Assembly: GCA_027459725.1 (NCBI GenBank)
Contig: DAIDHK010000001.1
Span: 131,411 to 195,410, forward strand
Origin: Candidatus Levyibacteriota bacterium
GTDB taxonomy: Bacteria > Patescibacteriota > Microgenomatia > Levybacterales > UBA12049
Length of the DNA: 64,000 nt
Reading direction: 5' to 3'
The notes beneath the pieces were generated by a model. That model made no database searches. It saw only the letters and a list, made by a program, of their open reading frames with translations, and was not told where the DNA came from. The position numbers and the translations under genes were made by a program. Every line of letters starts with the position of its first letter. Positions within the stretch are counted from its first letter, which is position 1. Of this stretch, positions 58,466 through 64,000 are shown piece after piece.

Positions 58466-59154
58466 AAATTTCTATATCCTCTGACCTCATCAATAACTCT
58501 TAATATTTTCTCAATTGTCTGCTCTTCTGTCAAATTGCTATCGTCTACTATATTATAGCCGTATCTTTCGGGCTCAGACACCAAATTATGTAAATCACCA
58601 AACATATCTTTTTCGTCCCGATATTTGGTTTCCTCCAGCACTTGTTGCAAACTCTCATCTGTATCCATGCTTTGCTGCAAATATCTCCTTTTTGCACGCG
58701 TTTCAAGATCTGCTGTCAGATAAATTTTAACTTCTGCATTTGGAAAAACTTTGGTCACCATATCTCTTCCTTCCGCAATAACAATCTTTTCTTGTGACAT
58801 TTTAAGTCCTATTTCTCTCTGCATTGGTATCAAATAATCTCTTACAAAAGAATAATTGGCTACGATAGTTACTTCTTTATCCACATTAGACTGTTTCAGA
58901 TAACCTGTGACATCTTCTTCGTTCAATATCGTAGTTTCTCCACTCACACGGACTTTTATTTTTCTTAATATCTGCCTTACCGCTTCACTATTGTCAATGC
59001 TAATATCATGCTGAAGGCAATAATAGGTAACTGCACGATAAAACATACCAGTGGTCAGAAAAAATGCATTTAACCTACTAGCTAATGCTTTTGCGATAGT
59101 CCCTTTTCCTGAAGCTACGGGGCCATCAATTGCGATAATAAAACCTTGACTCAT
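58462..59154 (-). CDS. cmk: Cytidylate kinase
   Basis: IAIDGPVASGKGTIAKALA...AEGRDMVTKVFPNAEVKIYLTADLETRAKRR aligns with E. coli Cmk motifs. 230 aa. Confidence 0.85.
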   Translation of the reverse strand: MSQGFIIAIDGPVASGKGTIAKALASRLNAFFLTTGMFYRAVTYYCLQHDISIDNSEAVRQILRKIKVRVSGETTILNEEDVTGYLKQSNVDKEVTIVANYSFVRDYLIPMQREIGLKMSQEKIVIAEGRDMVTKVFPNAEVKIYLTADLETRAKRRYLQQSMDTDESLQQVLEETKYRDEKDMFGDLHNLVSEPERYGYNIVDDSNLTEEQTIEKILRVIDEVRGYRNL

Positions 59155-59198
59155 AAATTAATAACAAAATACTTCTCTTACAGTACTATCCAACTATT

Positions 59199-59792
59199 TT
59201 ATTTAATGTTTATACTATTCTTCACATCCTTATGCACTTCTGCAATCGGCTTCATTCCATCAACTGTTAAAAGTTGATATTTGCTTTGTATAACCTGTAA
59301 ACGTTCAACTAACTTGTCGTTAAAATATGCCAAACGCGACTTAATGCCCTCTATTGTATCATCCCTCCGTCTACGTTTGCTTACCAGTCGTTTGATACTC
59401 TCTTCTTCAGAAATATAAATATACAAAACCACTACTGGTAGTGTCAATCGCGATTCCTTTAACAAATCATCAAACTGTATTGTTTCCTCATATGTGCGTA
59501 AACTGCCATCTAAAATTACCCCTCTCTGATATTGTTTTCCATTCAATGTCTTAATAAAAATTTGTTTCAAAAACTTTGCTGCTAAATAGCTGTGGCTGGC
59601 AAACATTTTTCTGGCAGCATTTCCCAATTCTCCTCTATCATTCTCGGCAAAAGAGCGAATTAAATTACCCGTTGATACATACGGCAATCCAGTCTTTGTC
59701 GCCAGTAAATTAGCTTGCGTCGATTTTCCAGCCCCCTCCGGCCCAATAAAAATGAATATTCTGTTGTGTTGCATATCCCAGTAAGGAGGCAC
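59199..59792 (-). CDS. Adenylate-kinase-like nucleoside monophosphate kinase (second, divergent adk paralog)
   Basis: IFIFIGPEGAGKSTQANLLA...YVSTGNLIR P-loop/NMP-binding pattern. 197 aa (probable start MQHNRIF). Tandem to the canonical adk. Confidence 0.6.
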   Translation of the reverse strand: MPPYWDMQHNRIFIFIGPEGAGKSTQANLLATKTGLPYVSTGNLIRSFAENDRGELGNAARKMFASHSYLAAKFLKQIFIKTLNGKQYQRGVILDGSLRTYEETIQFDDLLKESRLTLPVVVLYIYISEEESIKRLVSKRRRRDDTIEGIKSRLAYFNDKLVERLQVIQSKYQLLTVDGMKPIAEVHKDVKNSINIK

Positions 59793-59806
59793 TTTGAATT
59801 AAAAAT

Positions 59807-60352
59807 TTAATCTAATTTGTTTGCGATTTCATTGAAAACTTCCTCTATTGATTTCTCTCCATCCACCTCTACTAATTTATGATGGTGACGGTAATGAGCT
59901 AAAACTGGTTCAGTGAATTTATGAAAGAGCTCTATACGCTTAAAAATAGCTTTTAAAGTATCATCTTCACGCTTTTCTTTTTCGGTAACCGAGCGTCCCG
60001 CTAAACGCCAAAGAGCCTCTTTGTCGGAGACTTTCAGGTACACTACCTTAGTTATACCATTGGAAAACTTTTCAGCCTGCTGAATGGTACGAGGAAAACC
60101 ATCTAAAATATAACCCGCTTCATATTCAGACCTATGCAAGTATTCACTTACGATTTCCAGTGTTTTATCGTCTGGAATTAGATAACCTGCATTCATCACT
60201 TCTTTAATGTAGCGGCCTAAGGGTGTGTGCTCTTTAGCAATCTCGCGAAAAATATGCCCTGTGGATAAGTAAGGAATTTTGAATTTTTTCGACAGCATAT
60301 TACCCTGAGTTGATTTTCCTGCACCTTGGATACCAATCAAAATAAGTTTCAT
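59807..60352 (-). CDS. adk: Adenylate kinase (short form, no lid zinc finger)
   Basis: MKLILIGIQGAGKSTQGNML...YLSTGHIFRE. Canonical position after secY. 181 aa. Confidence 0.85.
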   Translation of the reverse strand: MKLILIGIQGAGKSTQGNMLSKKFKIPYLSTGHIFREIAKEHTPLGRYIKEVMNAGYLIPDDKTLEIVSEYLHRSEYEAGYILDGFPRTIQQAEKFSNGITKVVYLKVSDKEALWRLAGRSVTEKEKREDDTLKAIFKRIELFHKFTEPVLAHYRHHHKLVEVDGEKSIEEVFNEIANKLD

Positions 60353-60355
60353 AAG

Positions 60356-61648
60356 TTACCTCTCCAAAAATCCTTCATAATTGCGCATGACTAAATTAGC
60401 TTCAATCGACTTATAAGTATCTAAGACCACACTTACAACGATCAGAATACCTGTACCTCCCAAAGTCAGTGTAGAAATTCCGGTAGCAGAACTTACTATT
60501 GTGGGAAAAACTGCAATTATACCTAAAAAAATGGCTCCGACCAGAGTAATACGCGTCATGATGTAATTTAAATATTGGCTAGTAGGTGTTCCTGGACGAA
60601 CACCAGGAATAAATCCCCCGGCTTTCTGCATTTCCTCAGCAATTTTCTTCGGATTGAAAACTACAGCTGTGTAAAAATAAGTAAAAGCTAAAACTAAAAG
60701 GAAATAAGTGACATTATACGAGATGCTGGTTGTACTAAACCACTGAGTTAAGTTGGTGCCAATAGCATATAAAGTAGTATTCTTAGAGGTAAGCAGGTAA
60801 TTACCTACCACAGAAGGCAACAAAACTAAAGATACGGCAAAAATAATCGGAATTACACCTGCCTGGTTCAAACGCAAAGGCAAATGTGTGGTATCACTGC
60901 CACTGGCAATATTATTTCCCCGAGATCGCCTGGCATAGTAAACTGTAATTTGTCTTGTTGCTTCATTAATAATGATAATCGAAACCACCACAATTAAGCC
61001 TAAAACTGCAAAAGTTAAATAACTTACAACCGATTGAGTAGAAGCCGTAGAGGCTGTCTGTGTTAAAGCTACTGGCAATCTTCCCACGATACCAGCGAAT
61101 ATTAATAAAGAAATCCCATTGCCTACACCTCGTTCAGTAATTAACTCACCTAGCCATACTAACAGCATTGTCCCTGCTGTCATGGTCAAAATGAACACAA
61201 TCACCTGTACTGGACTTAACGTAATAATAATACTTTGTGAGCGCAGTAAAGCATACATGCCGATTGACTGCAACACTGCCAATGGAACTGTTAGCATTCT
61301 TGTGTACTGGTTAATTTTACGACGACCACTCTCCCCTTCTTTTTGCAACTCCTCCAGTTTAGGCATCACCATCATCAATAACTGTAAAATAATCGACGCA
61401 TTGATATAAGGATTTAATCCTAATGCCATAATGGAAAAGTTAGCCAAAGTTCCTCCTGAAAAAATGTCAAGTAAACCCAAAAACTGGTTTTGTGCAAACA
61501 AACTTTTAAGTTGGGCAACATTAACACCTGCTACAGGAACATGAGCAAATATGCGAAAGACTAGAAAAATGAGTGCTGTAAAAAGAATTTTATTGCGAAT
61601 CTCCGGAGTACTAAAAGCTGTTTTAAAAATTGAAGTAATACTATTCAT
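60356..61648 (-). CDS. secY: Preprotein translocase subunit SecY
   Basis: 430 aa, 10 TM segments, ...[23 protein letters not shown] motif. Confidence 0.9.
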   Translation of the reverse strand: MNSITSIFKTAFSTPEIRNKILFTALIFLVFRIFAHVPVAGVNVAQLKSLFAQNQFLGLLDIFSGGTLANFSIMALGLNPYINASIILQLLMMVMPKLEELQKEGESGRRKINQYTRMLTVPLAVLQSIGMYALLRSQSIIITLSPVQVIVFILTMTAGTMLLVWLGELITERGVGNGISLLIFAGIVGRLPVALTQTASTASTQSVVSYLTFAVLGLIVVVSIIIINEATRQITVYYARRSRGNNIASGSDTTHLPLRLNQAGVIPIIFAVSLVLLPSVVGNYLLTSKNTTLYAIGTNLTQWFSTTSISYNVTYFLLVLAFTYFYTAVVFNPKKIAEEMQKAGGFIPGVRPGTPTSQYLNYIMTRITLVGAIFLGIIAVFPTIVSSATGISTLTLGGTGILIVVSVVLDTYKSIEANLVMRNYEGFLER

Positions 61649-61727
61649 GTAATTTGTCTTTGGTTTTTAGTCGTTCGTCTCTAGATAAACCAAAACTCTG
61701 TTTACACCAAGGACAAATGACCAAAGA

Positions 61728-62165
61728 CTACAGACTAACCGTGCCACCGGCTTTCTCAACCTTTGTTTTTGCTTTCTGAGAGATGGGCAAACTTATAGTC
61801 AAAGCTACTTTTAATTCACCATCTCCTAGGATTTTAACTCCCCTGAGTTGAGCATCATCTATCCTGACTAATTTCTTTTCTACCAAACTTTCAATTGTAA
61901 TAACACTTTTGTCTGTAAAACTATTCAAATCTGACAGATTAATCACAATCGGCTTTACATTAGCTTTGTTGCGTCCTTTACCTCTTAAATAAGGGAGACG
62001 TTTTGTCAGCGGTAAAGCACCGCCTTCAAATTTAAGCCCTCGAGAACTACGAGCATTCTGACCTTTGGTGCCACGTCCGGAAGTTTTTACTCTCCCAGAA
62101 CCATGACCCTGACCAAGACGTCGTCTTTTTTTAGCTGTAATAGATGGTAAAGTATGAATATTCAT
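61728..62165 (-). CDS. rplO: 50S ribosomal protein L15
   Basis: ...RRLGQGHGSGRVKTSGRGTKGQNARS... 145 aa. Confidence 0.9.
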   Translation of the reverse strand: MNIHTLPSITAKKRRRLGQGHGSGRVKTSGRGTKGQNARSSRGLKFEGGALPLTKRLPYLRGKGRNKANVKPIVINLSDLNSFTDKSVITIESLVEKKLVRIDDAQLRGVKILGDGELKVALTISLPISQKAKTKVEKAGGTVSL

Positions 62166-62166
62166 A

Positions 62167-62700
62167 TTATTTTTTCAATGCTGCTTGTTTAGCACTACGC
62201 TCACTCAAAATCCTCAGAGCCTCCAAAGTGGCTAACACATTATTGGCTTGATTTTTAGTACCCATCACTTTAGAGGAAATGTTTTTGATACCAGCAGCAG
62301 AAACTACACTACGTATAGCTCCTCCAGCAATAACTCCACTTCCCATTGGAGCTGGTTTTAGCATAACTTGAGCCGCTCCAACCTTGACATCTACACGAAA
62401 AGGAATGGTTCCATTGACAATAGGCACAGCAATCATATGTTTTTTAGCCAAAATAATACCCTTGCGAATGGCATTAGCCACATCCGGTGCTTTACCAAGT
62501 CCTACACCTACTTTTCCATTTCTGTCCCCAACTACTGCCAATGCGGCAAAACCGATCTTATTACCTCCTTGAGTCTTCTTGGAAGTACGACTGATACGTA
62601 CAATCTTCTCGTCAAACTCACTCTCTACACGAGGTGCATTATTCTGACGATCTCGGTTTCTATTTTGATTAAATTGTCTATTATTTCGATTATTATCCAT
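62167..62700 (-). CDS. rpsE: 30S ribosomal protein S5 with Asn/Arg-rich N-terminal extension; abuts rplO with no L30 gene between
   Basis: ...EKIVRISRTSKKTQGGNKIGFAALAVVGDRNGKVGVGLGKA... Only 1 nt separates it from rplO, so rpmD (L30) is absent. Confidence 0.9.
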   Translation of the reverse strand: MDNNRNNRQFNQNRNRDRQNNAPRVESEFDEKIVRISRTSKKTQGGNKIGFAALAVVGDRNGKVGVGLGKAPDVANAIRKGIILAKKHMIAVPIVNGTIPFRVDVKVGAAQVMLKPAPMGSGVIAGGAIRSVVSAAGIKNISSKVMGTKNQANNVLATLEALRILSERSAKQAALKK

Positions 62701-62770
62701 ATATTCTAAACTTATAACTTCACCCGAGTAATTTCTGAATTAATATTTATCAGAAGTTAGTAAGGCAATA

Positions 62771-63100
62771 TTAAAACTTAAGCCCTCCTTCTCGTGCTCC
62801 TTCTGCAAGGGCTTTAACTCTGCCGTGATAAGAATAACTGCCTTTATCGAAAATTACAGTCTTAATTTTCTTTTCTAAGGCTAATTTAGCCACTTCCAAA
62901 CCTAAATTCTTTGCCTTATCTGTTTTTGTCCCTTTAGCTTTAGCATCCCGCATGCCCAGCAAAGTAACATGCTTTAAATCATCAATAAATTGTACTGCAA
63001 TCCCTTTATTGGAACGAAAAACACTCATTCTCGGTCTATCAGCTGTACCTGTTATTTTTGCTCTAATTCTTCTTTGTCTTTGTAATTTATTCTTTTTCAT
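62771..63100 (-). CDS. rplR: 50S ribosomal protein L18
   Basis: MKKNKLQRQRRIRAKITGTADRPRMSVFRSNKGIAVQFIDD... Start taken at the ATG at 63098-63100 rather than the upstream alternative start at 63175. Confidence 0.85.
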   Translation of the reverse strand: MKKNKLQRQRRIRAKITGTADRPRMSVFRSNKGIAVQFIDDLKHVTLLGMRDAKAKGTKTDKAKNLGLEVAKLALEKKIKTVIFDKGSYSYHGRVKALAEGAREGGLKF

Positions 63101-63116
63101 ATTGATAATCAACTGA

Positions 63117-63671
63117 CTATTTAGCCGCTCCAACCGCTTTGGCTGCCTTACCTGCTTTGCGCCGGATATATTCACCTACGTATTTTATTCCTTTACCTTT
63201 ATATGGTTCTGGCGGACGGATGGATCTAATTTCCGCTGCCATTTCGCCTACCATCATTTTATCAATTCCAGCTATCGTAATAACATTCTCTGCTACCGAA
63301 AATGTAATACCTGGCTTAGCTTTAACTTTAACCGGATGAGAAAAACCTAGTGACAATTGTAAATCAGTACCTTGGATTTGAGCTCGATAACCAACTCCTG
63401 ATAATTCAAGTTTTTTTTCAAATCCTTTATCGACACCAGTTATCAAGTTAGCCAAAGATGCACGTGTCAAACCAAACAAAGCTCTTTTTTTAATATCATT
63501 AGGAGTTTTCTGACTAACCACAATCTGGTTGTCTGCTACAGCAACATTAATATCATTTGGAATTACAAAGCCTAGTTCACCTTTAGGGCCTTTTACGACA
63601 ACCTTACCGCTATCTAAAGTTACTGTTACACCTGATTGTATCTTAATTGGCATCCTTCCGATCTTTGACAT
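63117..63671 (-). CDS. rplF: 50S ribosomal protein L6
   Basis: MSKIGRMPIKIQSGVTVTLDSGKVVVKGPKGEL... 184 aa. Confidence 0.9.
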   Translation of the reverse strand: MSKIGRMPIKIQSGVTVTLDSGKVVVKGPKGELGFVIPNDINVAVADNQIVVSQKTPNDIKKRALFGLTRASLANLITGVDKGFEKKLELSGVGYRAQIQGTDLQLSLGFSHPVKVKAKPGITFSVAENVITIAGIDKMMVGEMAAEIRSIRPPEPYKGKGIKYVGEYIRRKAGKAAKAVGAAK

Positions 63672-63698
63672 ATATTGGATTTAAGAAACTTACACAAA

Positions 63699-64000
63699 TT
63701 ACCAGATCTGAAAAAGTAACTCTCCTCCTACTCCTTTCTTGTTAGCCTCGCGTCCCGACATCACGCCCTGGCTGGTTGATAAGACAGAAACCATAGAACC
63801 ATTGTGTGCCGCAGAAATTTTTTTGTTAGTTGCATAAGCTCGCAAAGACGGCTTAGAGATAATCTTTACCCCCTCGACTACTGGTCTACGATTTACATAT
63901 CTAAGATTGACCAATAGCTGTTTTTTATTCTCAATCGTTTCTTCTCTTACGTCAGCTAAGAAACCTTCTTTAACTAAAACTTTAGCAACGGCCTGACTTA
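63699..64000 (-). CDS. rpsH: 30S ribosomal protein S8, C-terminal part; gene runs off the window end
   Basis: ...SQGVMSGREANKKGVGGELLFQIW is the S8 C-terminus. The frame stays open upstream to position 64000 (...VKEGFLADV...). Confidence 0.85.
   Translation of the reverse strand, partial: SQAVAKVLVKEGFLADVREETIENKKQLLVNLRYVNRRPVVEGVKIISKPSLRAYATNKKISAAHNGSMVSVLSTSQGVMSGREANKKGVGGELLFQIW

Overview
This window reads as an AT-rich (roughly one-third GC), gene-dense bacterial chromosome segment with CPR/Patescibacteria-like hallmarks. Ribosomal protein L30 is absent between rpsE and rplO. RNase Y has no membrane anchor. A type IV pilin gene and membrane-tethered solute-binding proteins are present. 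Reading left to right, the window holds: (1) the heat-shock operon hrcA-grpE-dnaK on the minus strand, with a CIRCE-like operator embedded in a near-consensus sigma70 promoter. (2) A decayed IS21-family element whose transposase reading frame runs into the C-terminal tail of istB. (3) metG-tatD. (4) A cell-envelope glycan cluster: a processive GT2 synthase, a GT-C (GT39/83-like) transferase, a small GtrA-like membrane protein, a WecA-like transferase and a UbiA-family transferase resembling decaprenyl-phosphate phosphoribosyltransferase. (5) A lysyl-tRNA synthetase with a C-terminal PTH2-like extension. (6) The main accessory system, a tightly packed minus-strand operon for an amino-group carrier protein (LysW/AmCP) pathway: lysW-lysX-lysY-[DRE-TIM homocitrate/isopropylmalate-synthase-family enzyme]-lysZ-lysJ-[class II glutamine-amidotransferase-like Ntn hydrolase]. 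It has no LysK/ArgE-type release enzyme in the window, and it is flanked by an ACT-like protein and a kinase-fold protein. (7) Housekeeping genes: murB, greA, a VanW-like protein, tsaD, rmuC, a UvrD-type helicase fused to a Cas4/AddB-type Fe-S nuclease, rnpB (RNase P RNA), a pilin gene, hup, rny, recX and recA. (8) A tRNA-Pro(GGG), immediately followed by a somewhat GC-richer HExxH metalloprotease reading frame interrupted by exactly two in-frame stop codons, then an EEP nuclease, a MazG-like protein, a methyltransferase and an orphan PurD-like ATP-grasp protein. (9) obg, mutL and mutS. (10) The S9/L13 pair and the L17-alpha-S4-S11-S13-L36-IF1-map-cmk-adk-adk-secY-L15-S5-L18-L6-S8 ribosomal cluster. 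This cluster contains a tandem adk paralog plus cmk, and two homologous imperfect palindromic intergenic elements. All calls come from reading the six-frame translations and the raw sequence by eye. No database search was run.
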